Shown: in pieces, positions 1 to 8,686 of the stretch
Layout of the letters: the number at the start of each line of letters is the position of its first letter
How positions within the stretch are numbered: the stretch's first letter is position 1
Source of the DNA: Rhodobiaceae bacterium
Lineage (GTDB): Bacteria > Pseudomonadota > Alphaproteobacteria > Rhizobiales > G965224185
NCBI GenBank assembly: GCA_965224185.1
Contig: OZ245042.1
Location: forward strand, 4,804,620 to 4,868,619
Direction of reading: 5' to 3'
DNA: 64,000 nt
Position numbers and translations under genes: made by a program
The notes under the pieces: model-generated
Seen by the model: only the letters and a program-made list of their open reading frames with translations
Database searches by the model: none
Told to the model about the DNA's origin: nothing

Positions 1-4
1 GTAA

Positions 5-1948
5 ATGAAACTGAGAAGCGGATTTGCCGCCCGCCGGAACCCTTGGGAGCGCATGAAAAGCCGGTTTCGCGCCGCCGAGAAACAGAAGCCGCCATTCGAT
101 CTGGGGTTGAATTTCGCCCAAATCAACGACTTTCGCAAAGATCCGGATCTTCTCAATCGCTACGTGGACTGCGCCTACGACATGGGCCTGACCACGTTGA
201 GGCTGCCGGTCTATTGGGGCCGTATGCAGACTTACGACCCGAAGGCGGGCACCTTTACCGCTAACTCCGAGTTCGCCGACATGATCGGCTGGTTCCTCGA
301 TCGGATCCCGCAGGAAATCGAGCCGATGGCGCTGTTGTTTCAAACGACGCCGGCGGTGGCGGCCCGTTACTTTCACGAGCCGCAGGCGATGCCGCAAATT
401 TATGCGCAATTCGTCGATTGCGTATTGGATGCCGCGCCGCGGATCAGCAGCTTTGAATTGTGGAACGAACCCAATGCCAATGATTTCTATCTATCGGTTG
501 CCGATGGGGACGGACACCGGCCTTGGACAGCGGAGGAGTTTCTGAGTCATATCCTCATTCCCGGTGCGACGACCATACGCAAGCGCCGGCCTGACGCAAA
601 GATCTGCTTTGGATCCTTCGCCGAAAACGGCATAGTCGGCCATCCCGCCGAGCGCCAGGCACCGCCGGCCCGGCAATTGCCGCACCGCGAACCCTATCGG
701 ACGATGAAGGCCGCGGCGCCGAAGGGATTTCACTTCATCCCAGATTTCGCCGTTGCCTATTTCGATGCCCTGAAGCGGCTCACCGCGGCGCCGGGGGAGG
801 GGGCCGGCATTCGCAATCTGTTCGACGCATTTGCCATCCATCCCTATCCGTATTTCCGACTGACCCCCGATCGCGACTATGCGGACCATTCCGCCGACCT
901 GACCGCGGATTTCATCGCGCTTGCCGACCGGTCCGGATTTTCGGACAAGGAAATCTGGATCACCGAAGTGGGCTGCCGCACGGCCGACAAGCGGCGCCGG
1001 CATATGCGCGACGAAGACCATCAGCGCGAATTCGTCGACCGATTTTGCGGGTCGGTCGATCTGGGTGGCCGGATTACCCGGCTTTACTGGTACAAATTCA
1101 ACGATTTGCTGCATTGGGACATGAAGATGCGCAAGTCGTTCGGCATGATCGATCATTATCGCAACACCAAGCGCGTCTATTTCGGCCTTCGTCACCTCAA
1201 GCCGCGCCTGGCCGGCGCAACGAGCCGCCCGGTTCTGCTCGATAATTTCGACTATGGCCTTGCTTATGCGAGCGGGTCGGTGGACCCCGATTTCTGGGAC
1301 GTGGACATAGCCGAGCGCAATATTGCAGGATTCCATACCGTTTCGCGGGATGGAGCGGGACGGTCGGAAGTCCTATTGTTTGCCGGTAATCGGGCGCGCC
1401 AGAAGCTTAGCCTGACCTCGAAGCTGTCCCTGGCCGGCCGGACAAACGACGCGCCGCTCCTGATCGGCGCCTGCCTGCGGACGATCGACAAGGGCGCGGC
1501 GAATGCCATATCACTGGCATTGGAAACCAATGGTGACCGGCTATTTGGCATGACATTCGACCTGCAGGAAGATGCGGTTTCAATGCGGCTGCCCGGTCGG
1601 GACCATCCTTTGACAATTGATCGCACCGTCGATCCGGACTTCGATCCAATGCGATTTTCGCACTATTTCGCCGTTCATACCGGGCAAGTCCTGTATTTGG
1701 CCGTCCTGTGGCCCGGTCGCATGGCCTATGTGCCGCTGGCCCGAAAATCCATCCCGGATTGTAGTGGCGCGCGCTTGGTTCTGCGCCTGACGAAGAAGGA
1801 TGCCAGCGACAGCTTCGTGGCGTTGCGCCACATCATCGCCGCATCGACGGTCGTCAGGCGGCCGTTGGAAACAGCCATGCTGCAGGCGCTTGATCCGATG
1901 GCAAAACGCGGTGAATGGACGATTGAAGACGTAAACACCGCGCCGTGA
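5..1948 (+). CDS. TIM-barrel glycoside hydrolase, clan GH-A (GH5/cellulase-like) with long C-terminal extension
   Basis: 647-aa ORF. It has the acid/base motif FELWNEPNANDFY and the nucleophile-type motif EIWITEVG, typical of GH-A (beta/alpha)8 hydrolases. No obvious signal peptide. The start is 4 nt from the window edge, so upstream context is unseen. Confidence 0.55.
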   Translation: MKLRSGFAARRNPWERMKSRFRAAEKQKPPFDLGLNFAQINDFRKDPDLLNRYVDCAYDMGLTTLRLPVYWGRMQTYDPKAGTFTANSEFADMIGWFLDRIPQEIEPMALLFQTTPAVAARYFHEPQAMPQIYAQFVDCVLDAAPRISSFELWNEPNANDFYLSVADGDGHRPWTAEEFLSHILIPGATTIRKRRPDAKICFGSFAENGIVGHPAERQAPPARQLPHREPYRTMKAAAPKGFHFIPDFAVAYFDALKRLTAAPGEGAGIRNLFDAFAIHPYPYFRLTPDRDYADHSADLTADFIALADRSGFSDKEIWITEVGCRTADKRRRHMRDEDHQREFVDRFCGSVDLGGRITRLYWYKFNDLLHWDMKMRKSFGMIDHYRNTKRVYFGLRHLKPRLAGATSRPVLLDNFDYGLAYASGSVDPDFWDVDIAERNIAGFHTVSRDGAGRSEVLLFAGNRARQKLSLTSKLSLAGRTNDAPLLIGACLRTIDKGAANAISLALETNGDRLFGMTFDLQEDAVSMRLPGRDHPLTIDRTVDPDFDPMRFSHYFAVHTGQVLYLAVLWPGRMAYVPLARKSIPDCSGARLVLRLTKKDASDSFVALRHIIAASTVVRRPLETAMLQALDPMAKRGEWTIEDVNTAP

Positions 1949-2094
1949 TCGGGGCTGCGGACTTGAACCGACCGGTAAATGTCGGATGTGATGATTTTTG
2001 CGTCGGGGTCACAATTTTTCCGAATTCTGGCATTATCCATCACATCGATTCGCATTAAATCCTTTTCTCCCATTCCTTTGCACAAGGGTGCTCA

Positions 2095-3501
2095 ATGACA
2101 AAACCGAAAATGGCAGACATTGCCGCGATCCGGTTCGGTTATGGCCGGATACCCGGCGACGACCGTTCGCCTAAGGACGCCGCCGAATTGATGGCCGCGT
2201 TGCGTGCCGCCGATCCCGTGCCGCGGATTTTGGCCACGGGCTCAAGCCAGTCGCGCTTGCAATTTGCCCGTCAGTCAAAGTCCGAAATCAAGGCCATGCG
2301 CAAAAAGGGCAAGTCTGAGGACAAGCCCGACGAATTGAAAATGGTCCAGCGTAAATATCGCGTCGGCGTCATGAATGAATTCATGGAAGATGCGCATAAT
2401 CGGATTGCCGCCGCTGTGGCATCCAGGGTGCCGTTTTTTGAGCGGCTGGTGGCCTTCTGGTCCAACCATTTTTGCGTCAGTGCCGACAAGAGCCCGTTCC
2501 TGCGCGCCCTGGCCGGACCTTACGAAGTGGAGGCGATCCGACCCCACGTCATGGGCACGTTTCACGACATGCTGGTGGCGTCCGCCGGCCATCCGGCCAT
2601 GATCATGTATCTCGATCAGGCCCAATCCATCGGGCCGAACTCACCGGCCGGGCAGAAGCGGGAACGCGGGCTCAACGAGAACCTCGCCCGGGAAATCCTG
2701 GAATTGCATACCCTGGGCGTCGACGGCGGCTATAGCCAGAAGGACGTGACCGAATTCGCCAAGCTGCTGACCGGCTGGACCGTGAACCGGAAAAAGGGCG
2801 AGACGGCGTTTCGCCGCCGTATGGCCGAGCCGGGGCAGAAGCACATTTTAGGCAAGGCCTATGGGGGCGCCAAAGCGAACCGCAGGGACGCGCTCAAATT
2901 CCTCAAAGTCCTGTCGGTACATCCGGCGACCGCCAAATTCATCGCCACCAAGCTCGCCCGGCATTTCATTGCCGATGACCCGCCGCCGGCGGTCGTCGAC
3001 CGGCTGGCAAAGGCGTTCCGCGAAACCGGCGGCCATCTGCCGGCGGTTTACGAAGCCCTGTTGACGGCGTCGGAACCATGGGAGCAATTCGGGGACAAGG
3101 CGAAGACGCCGTTCGAATTCGTCGTTTCGGGATTGCGGGCGGCGGGTCTGGGTGTCGATGACCTGAAGCCACGCAACGCCAAACGCAACAAGCGACTGCG
3201 CCCCAATCCGCTGACGGTCGGTGCGCTGCACGACATGCGGCAAATGCTGTGGTCGGTGCCGTCGCCGGACGGCTGGCCGGACATCGCGCAGAAGTGGATC
3301 ACACCGGGCGGACTGACGGAACGGCTGAACTGGATCGAGCGGGTTGCCGACCGCATCGCCGCGGATGACCCGGTCGCCTATTTTGAGCAAGTGCTGGGAT
3401 CGGCCGGGTCGGAGCGTACCCGATCCGTGGTCGAAAAAGCGAGCAACCGCGACGAGGGCATCGCCCTCGTGCTTGCCAGTCCTGATTTCAACCGGAGATA
3501 A
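2095..3501 (+). CDS. DUF1800 family protein
   Basis: 468-aa ORF with WSNHFCVS and LAREILELHTLGVDGGYSQKDV motifs characteristic of DUF1800. It is immediately followed by its usual DUF1501 partner. Confidence 0.7.
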   Translation: MTKPKMADIAAIRFGYGRIPGDDRSPKDAAELMAALRAADPVPRILATGSSQSRLQFARQSKSEIKAMRKKGKSEDKPDELKMVQRKYRVGVMNEFMEDAHNRIAAAVASRVPFFERLVAFWSNHFCVSADKSPFLRALAGPYEVEAIRPHVMGTFHDMLVASAGHPAMIMYLDQAQSIGPNSPAGQKRERGLNENLAREILELHTLGVDGGYSQKDVTEFAKLLTGWTVNRKKGETAFRRRMAEPGQKHILGKAYGGAKANRRDALKFLKVLSVHPATAKFIATKLARHFIADDPPPAVVDRLAKAFRETGGHLPAVYEALLTASEPWEQFGDKAKTPFEFVVSGLRAAGLGVDDLKPRNAKRNKRLRPNPLTVGALHDMRQMLWSVPSPDGWPDIAQKWITPGGLTERLNWIERVADRIAADDPVAYFEQVLGSAGSERTRSVVEKASNRDEGIALVLASPDFNRR

Positions 3502-3505
3502 GGTC

Positions 3506-4663
3506 ATGCTGACCAGAAGACATTTTCTTGCCGGATCGGCAACGGCCGCGACAGGTCTGGCGATCCCCAACATCAGCTTTGCCGCCGCCAAGGGCGATAA
3601 CCGCCTGATCGTCCTGATCCTGCGCGGCGGCATGGACGGCCTGCATATTGTTCAGCCGTATGGCGACAAGCAACTCAAGGCGTTGCGCCCGAAATTCGCC
3701 AATGGTCCGGCCGACGGCCTGACCGATCTCGACGGGTTTTTTGGCCTGCACAAGACGATGAAACCGGTGGCGTCGATGTTCAAGTCCGGCGAACTGGGTT
3801 TTGTTCATGCGGTTTCGACGCCCTACGCGGCGCGCAGTCATTTCGATGGCCAGGACGTGCTGGAAGCCGGCACGAATTCGATATCCGGGATCCGCGACGG
3901 CTGGCTGAACCGGTTTCTCGGCGCGTTGCCCAATGCGTCGCAGCGCTTCGCCCTGGATGTCTCCAAGAGCCAGTCATTGATCCTGAAAGGCGACCGCCCG
4001 GTGACCCGCTGGCATCCGGATGCCGATCTCGATCTGTCGGAGGTGGGCGAGGAACTCCTGCGCATGGTCTATGCAGAAGATCCGCTGTTTAAACAGGCCT
4101 TCGAAGCCGCAATAATGGCCGAGGCGAGCGATATTGACGGCCTGCGGCCGATCAAGCGGGAGGCCGCCCGCAACGCGGCGCTGCTGGTTGCCAAGATGCT
4201 CAACGCAGAGGCCCGGATCGCCTCCTTGACGGTACCCGGCTGGGATACCCATGCGTGGCAGGGGAAGCGGATCAACCGGCCGATCAAGACCCTGACGACG
4301 GTGTTGAACACGCTGAAAAGGGAACTGGGTGCCAATTGGGAGCGCACCGCGGTGATCGCGGTCAGCGAATTCGGCCGCACCGTGCGTGAGAATGGCACCG
4401 GCGGGACCGATCATGGCTATGGCGGCTTGATGATGCTTGCCGGCGGTGCCGTGAAGGACGGTATTGGCGGCCGGGTGATCAGCAGCCGCTGGCCGGGCCT
4501 GGCCGACGGCGATCTTTACGAGCAGCGCGACCTGCAACCGACGGACGACGTGCGCCGCTATATGGGCTGGGTGCTCGCCGGCCTGTTTCCGACGGATAAG
4601 GGAAAAATCGAACGCGAGGTCTTCCCGGGCGTCGACATGGGCGACCGGCTGCCGCTGGTATAG
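3506..4663 (+). CDS. DUF1501 family protein (sulfatase/phosphatase-like fold) with twin-arginine signal
   Basis: The ATG at 3506 is preceded by GGAGATAAGG and gives MLTRRHFLAGSATAATGLA, a Tat-type signal. A GTDHGYGG motif lies near the C-terminus. The ORF-track start at 3344 would overlap the upstream gene by about 160 nt and is rejected. Confidence 0.8.
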   Translation: MLTRRHFLAGSATAATGLAIPNISFAAAKGDNRLIVLILRGGMDGLHIVQPYGDKQLKALRPKFANGPADGLTDLDGFFGLHKTMKPVASMFKSGELGFVHAVSTPYAARSHFDGQDVLEAGTNSISGIRDGWLNRFLGALPNASQRFALDVSKSQSLILKGDRPVTRWHPDADLDLSEVGEELLRMVYAEDPLFKQAFEAAIMAEASDIDGLRPIKREAARNAALLVAKMLNAEARIASLTVPGWDTHAWQGKRINRPIKTLTTVLNTLKRELGANWERTAVIAVSEFGRTVRENGTGGTDHGYGGLMMLAGGAVKDGIGGRVISSRWPGLADGDLYEQRDLQPTDDVRRYMGWVLAGLFPTDKGKIEREVFPGVDMGDRLPLV

Positions 4664-4726
4664 GTCGTGATCTAGAGTGGTATGAGCCCCGGTTTGGACG
4701 GGTTTCGCCCGTCCGCGGCGACCACA

Positions 4727-4773
4727 CGTGGGGCGATGCGCGAGCATCGCCCCACGGCCCTCCGGGGCCTTTT
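4727..4773 (+). terminator. Putative intrinsic terminator region after the DUF1501 gene
   Basis: A 13-bp-stem hairpin (cgtggggcgatgc/gcatcgccccacg) is followed by a short GC hairpin (ggccc tccg gggcc) and TTTT. Confidence 0.4.
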
Positions 4774-5039
4774 AAGTATCAGGCTGATCAAATCATCTGA
4801 ATTGTGATTCAGGTTTTCTTTTATCGGTGGTAGGAACAGCGATCGATCGATTTGTTTTGACGGATCGTCGGTGAGCTTTGATTGAGCCGCATTGTCTTGG
4901 ACCATCTGTGAAAAGGCCGGGTCGTGCGTCTTGCCGCGGGGCAGGGGCGGCTATGGATCGCGCTACGCCTTTGCCGGAACTTTCGTGAATGCCGACGACC
5001 AACCAATTGCATCCGATGGCCGGAGACCTGATATGGAAA

Positions 5040-5594
5040 TCAGGCCATGGACAGGCTGGATACGCGCGGGATGGGCATTGTCGTGGCAATCTTTTGCTGA
5101 AGCTGTGACGCGGTCTTAAGGAGGGCGGAGACGACCATCTCGCGCCGGTTGTCAATCAGGATCGAAGCAAAATGCGGGATGGTCAGCGCGGCCATCACCG
5201 CCGCGCCCGGCGTGTGCCGAACCGGTGCGGAAATTTCGTTTATCGCATGATTCTCCGGGCTCGCGAGAGACACATAGCCCCGTTCGACGCATTGCGACGC
5301 CTGACGGACAAAGTCGCCCAATGCCTCGGCGCTATCGTCGGGCGCGGCCCCGCGCAGATAGTGTTTGCGATCGGCATCGAGAGGCAGTTGCGACAAGAAA
5401 CAGGCTCCAGCCGAAGTCCTGTAGATCGGGGTGAGGTAGCCCACCTGAACCGCCACGCCATAATTCTGAGAAGACGCCACACTGTTAATGACCACAAGCT
5501 CCGCATTGCCATGCGGCACTGAGAGATGGTTCGACAATTCGGTCTCCTCGGCGAGCCTTTGCATGTAAGGCTCGGCCAGTGCACCTTTTGCGCG
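5040..5594 (-). pseudogene. IclR-family regulator, effector-binding domain only (5'-truncated remnant)
   Basis: The translation RAKGALAEPYMQRLAEETELSNHLSVPHGNAELVV... matches the linker plus C-terminal IclR ligand-binding domain. The frame is closed by a TAG at 5595-5597. No winged-helix N-terminal domain is encoded upstream. Confidence 0.6.
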
Positions 5595-5698
5595 CTACAC
5601 AAACCCTTGGAATCTTTGGAATTCTGACCGTTTGGAATAAAAAAAACCGTCATAAGACTGGCGTTTCCGGACCGTCTGGCATATTGCCGTAAAACGGG

Positions 5699-6892
5699 CA
5701 CACTACACGACAGTGATGGCTGAGAGGTCGAGAATCAGGTTCATTGAAGGATTCTAATCGCCAAAAAAGGATCCTTTGATGTCCGGTCTTCCCGACACTC
5801 TCGTTTTAACGCTATCGCGCCATCTTGATCTGAGCAAGAGCCGTCTTGAGACCTTCGCGACGCTGATCATCGGCTGTATTTGCGCGCGCACGGTGAACCT
5901 GACCCATATTGCCGGCCACTTTGATGGTGGGGCGCAGATTGCCTCCAATTATCGTCGTCTGCAGCGGTTCTTCCAATATGTGAGGATTGACGGCGATTGG
6001 CTTGCCGGTGCCCTGTTGGCCTTGGCCGGCACCAAGCCGCCCTACACGTTGTGCCTGGACCGGACCAATTGGAAGATCGGCCGGACGCACATCAATCTGC
6101 TGGTTTTGTGCCTTGTCGGGCGCCGGGTCAGGGTGCCCCTCATGTGGACCGTCCTGGACCGGGCCGGCACCAGCAATCTGGCCGACCGGGTGGCCTTGAT
6201 GCGGCGGATGTTGCGCCTGATCGATGCCGGCTCGATCCATGTTCTGCTTGCTGACCGTGAGTTCATCGGCCGTCAATGGTTTGATTTCCTTGGCCAACTC
6301 CGGATCCCGTTTGCCATCCGCGTCAAGGAGAGCCAGCTTGTGCGCCTGGCCGACGGGCGGCTGGTGAGCCTGGCCTCTTTGTTCAAGAAGCATCGGGGCG
6401 GCAAGCGGGCAGCGGCCCATCAGGGCTGGTTCGCCGGGAGCCGCCAAAGCCCATCGGCCAAGATTTGGTTTGCCGCCAAGCGGCTCAATGACAAGGACCG
6501 GTCACTGCTCATCGTGGCGACAACATTGCCGCCTGAAAGAGGCCTGCGCTTGTATAGAAAACGCTGGCAGATCGAATGCCTGTTCGCCGACAGCAAGACG
6601 CGCGGCCTCAATCTGGAAGACACAAGGATGACCGACCCGGGAAAGCTGTCGCTGCTGATCGCCACGGTCGCGCTTTCCATCGTCTGGTCGCATATCACCG
6701 CAAGCCGGCGGATGGGACGCAAACACATCAAAAGGGCCAGCCACGGCTACAGACGAAAATCCTGGTTCCGGGTCGGGTTCGACACCCTCAGACACTGGAT
6801 CATACAAAATCCCAAAAGAGCCGCAGACGTCTGGGAAGACACATGGAAACGCGTCAAATCAGAACCAATCAGACACGGAGTCGTGTAGTGTG
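5699..6892 (+). mobile_element. IS4-family insertion sequence (1194 bp)
   Basis: 13-bp perfect terminal inverted repeats: CACACTACACGAC at 5699-5711 and its reverse complement at 6880-6892. It is flanked by a 9-bp direct duplication, TAAAACGGG, at 5690-5698 and 6893-6901. It carries a single transposase ORF. Confidence 0.85.
5776..6888 (+). CDS. IS4-family DDE transposase
   Basis: 370 aa. Candidate DDE residues lie in LCLDRTNW and LLADREF. There is an exact Y-2-R-3-E-6-K signature (YRKRWQIECLFADSK). Confidence 0.85.
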   Translation: MMSGLPDTLVLTLSRHLDLSKSRLETFATLIIGCICARTVNLTHIAGHFDGGAQIASNYRRLQRFFQYVRIDGDWLAGALLALAGTKPPYTLCLDRTNWKIGRTHINLLVLCLVGRRVRVPLMWTVLDRAGTSNLADRVALMRRMLRLIDAGSIHVLLADREFIGRQWFDFLGQLRIPFAIRVKESQLVRLADGRLVSLASLFKKHRGGKRAAAHQGWFAGSRQSPSAKIWFAAKRLNDKDRSLLIVATTLPPERGLRLYRKRWQIECLFADSKTRGLNLEDTRMTDPGKLSLLIATVALSIVWSHITASRRMGRKHIKRASHGYRRKSWFRVGFDTLRHWIIQNPKRAADVWEDTWKRVKSEPIRHGVV

Positions 6893-6966
6893 TAAAACGG
6901 GATTTCGAACCCCGCAAGTAACTGAACCTTTTAGGTTTTTGGGAATGATGCCGCAAAATTGTGAAA

Positions 6967-7041
6967 TGGCGCGCCCTAGGGGAGTCGAACCCCTCTTTCC
7001 AGATTGAAAATCTGGCGTCCTAACCGATAGACGAAGGGCGC
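6967..7041 (-). tRNA. tRNA-Glu (anticodon UUC)
   Basis: The reverse complement GCGCCCTTCGTCTATCGGTTAGGACGCCAGATTTTCAATCTGGAAAGAGGGGTTCGACTCCCCTAGGGCGCGCCA folds as a cloverleaf. The anticodon loop is TTTTCAA and the CCA is encoded. Confidence 0.9.
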
Positions 7042-7269
7042 GGTGCGGCGCTTTATAGTGGCGTTTTCCGGTGGCGGCAAGTCCCTGTTTGCCGAGTTGG
7101 GCTTGGTCCGCGACCGGGTTTTCAAGCCGATCCCCGACGCGTCGTTCAAGCCCGGTTTCGGCGGTGGGCGCGGATGTCGCGTGGGGGACGAATGGTGTCG
7201 GTGTGTCTGTTGCGTTTTCCCCGGTGCCGGGTCATTTTTCCGGAAATCCGGAAGAAGGTGACGGCGGCT

Positions 7270-8367
7270 ATGGCAACGCTTCCTAAAGTCATGACGGCAA
7301 TGGTGTTGACCGGCTACGGCGGGTTCGATCGGCTGGATTTGCGCCATGATGTTCCTGTACCCGACGTTCAACCGGGTGAGGTCCTGATCAAGGTCGCGGC
7401 GGCCGGCGTCAACAATACCGACATCAATACGCGGATCGGCTGGTACTCCAAATCGGTCACCGACGGCACCACGACCGACGGCGCCAGCGGCGGCATGGAG
7501 GAGGCGGGTTGCGATGACGCCACCTGGGCCGGCGGATCGTTGCGCTTTCCCCATATCCAGGGCGCGGATGTCTGCGGGCGGATCGTCGCGGCCGGGGAGG
7601 GGGTGTCCGGGTCGCGGATCGGCGAGCGGGTGATCGTGGAACCCTGCTGGTCGGTCACCGATGCCGACAATGTGTCGCGCATTTGTTATTTCGGGTCGGA
7701 ATGCCCCGGCGGTTTCGCGCAATATGTCGCCGTGCCCGCGGCCAATGCCTGGCCGATTGAAAGCGACCTGACGGACACGGAGCTGGCGTCGTTTCCCTGT
7801 TCCTATTCGACGGCGATGAACCTGATCATGCGGTTGGATCTCAAGGCCGGCGAAACGGTGCTGGTCACCGGCGCCTCCGGCGGCGTCGGGTCGGCGGCAG
7901 TGCAGATCGCGGCCGCGCGCGGTGCTCAGGTCATCGCGATTGCCGGCGCCAAGAAGGCGGCGGACGTGGCGGCGATCGGGGCCGGCTCGGTGCTCGACCG
8001 GGGCGCCGATCCGGTGGCGGAACTTGGGGCTGATGCGGTTGATTGCGTCATCGACCTGGTTGCCGGGCCGGGTTTCGGCAGCCTGCTGGACGTGCTCAGG
8101 CCGGGTGGTCGCTATGCCACGTCCGGCGCCATTGCCGGACCGATCGTCAGCCTGGATGTGCGCACGCTGTACTTAAAGGATCTGAGCCTTTACGGCTGTA
8201 CGGTGCTGCGGAACGGCGTGTTCAAGGCGCTCGTGGAATTAATCGAAACCGGGACAATCCGGCCGCTGGTGGCGCGCGCATATCGGCTTGCTGACATGGT
8301 GACCGCGCAGCAGGATTTCCTGGCGAAGGCGCATGTGGGCAAGCTGGTGCTGGAGATGCCGGAATAG
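7270..8367 (+). CDS. Zinc-type/MDR-family NAD(P)H oxidoreductase (quinone reductase/alcohol dehydrogenase-like)
   Basis: The start at ATG 7270 (MATLPKVMTAMVLTGYGG) follows GGAAGAAGG. The sequence shows a GroES-like N-domain and a Rossmann motif, VLVTGASGGVGSAAVQIA. Confidence 0.8.
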   Translation: MATLPKVMTAMVLTGYGGFDRLDLRHDVPVPDVQPGEVLIKVAAAGVNNTDINTRIGWYSKSVTDGTTTDGASGGMEEAGCDDATWAGGSLRFPHIQGADVCGRIVAAGEGVSGSRIGERVIVEPCWSVTDADNVSRICYFGSECPGGFAQYVAVPAANAWPIESDLTDTELASFPCSYSTAMNLIMRLDLKAGETVLVTGASGGVGSAAVQIAAARGAQVIAIAGAKKAADVAAIGAGSVLDRGADPVAELGADAVDCVIDLVAGPGFGSLLDVLRPGGRYATSGAIAGPIVSLDVRTLYLKDLSLYGCTVLRNGVFKALVELIETGTIRPLVARAYRLADMVTAQQDFLAKAHVGKLVLEMPE

Positions 8368-8443
8368 GGCGCGCGCGGTGGATCAATCCCGCCGTGCGTT
8401 GACTTCTGGGAATCGGATTCAGTCAATTGACCATCACTCCTAT

Positions 8444-8560
8444 TGTCATCGCCCGACTTGATCGGGCGACCCAGTATCCTCCGCGTTTGATGGTTGAACT
8501 GAGCCGATATCCGCCATCACCAGTGTTTACTGGATGCCCCGGTCAGGCCGGGGCATGACA
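8444..8560. repeat. Convergent pair of GTCAT-hairpin-ATCCAG palindromic modules (REP/MITE-like)
   Basis: Module A at 8444-8476 is tgtcatcgcccgacttgatcgggcgacccagta. Module B at 8528-8560 on the opposite strand is tgtcatgccccggcctgaccggggcatccagta. They share 25/33 identity, and the substitutions in the stems are compensatory. Confidence 0.7.
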
Positions 8561-8686
8561 GGATTTTGGGAGAGGCAAATGACACCGCATGCAAAGAAGC
8601 GTCTGCCGCCAACGATCCAACCCTGACTTGCGCTATCGTCGTCAAGGAATTGTCCGCCCCAGGAGAGCTCGACCACGTTACCCGGA

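Noticed and set aside
6899-6966. A possible second complete tRNA gene between the IS4 element and tRNA-Glu.
   Set aside because: Only a T-arm plus acceptor-like 3' fragment can be drawn. No matching 5' acceptor strand, D-arm or plausible anticodon stem is present.
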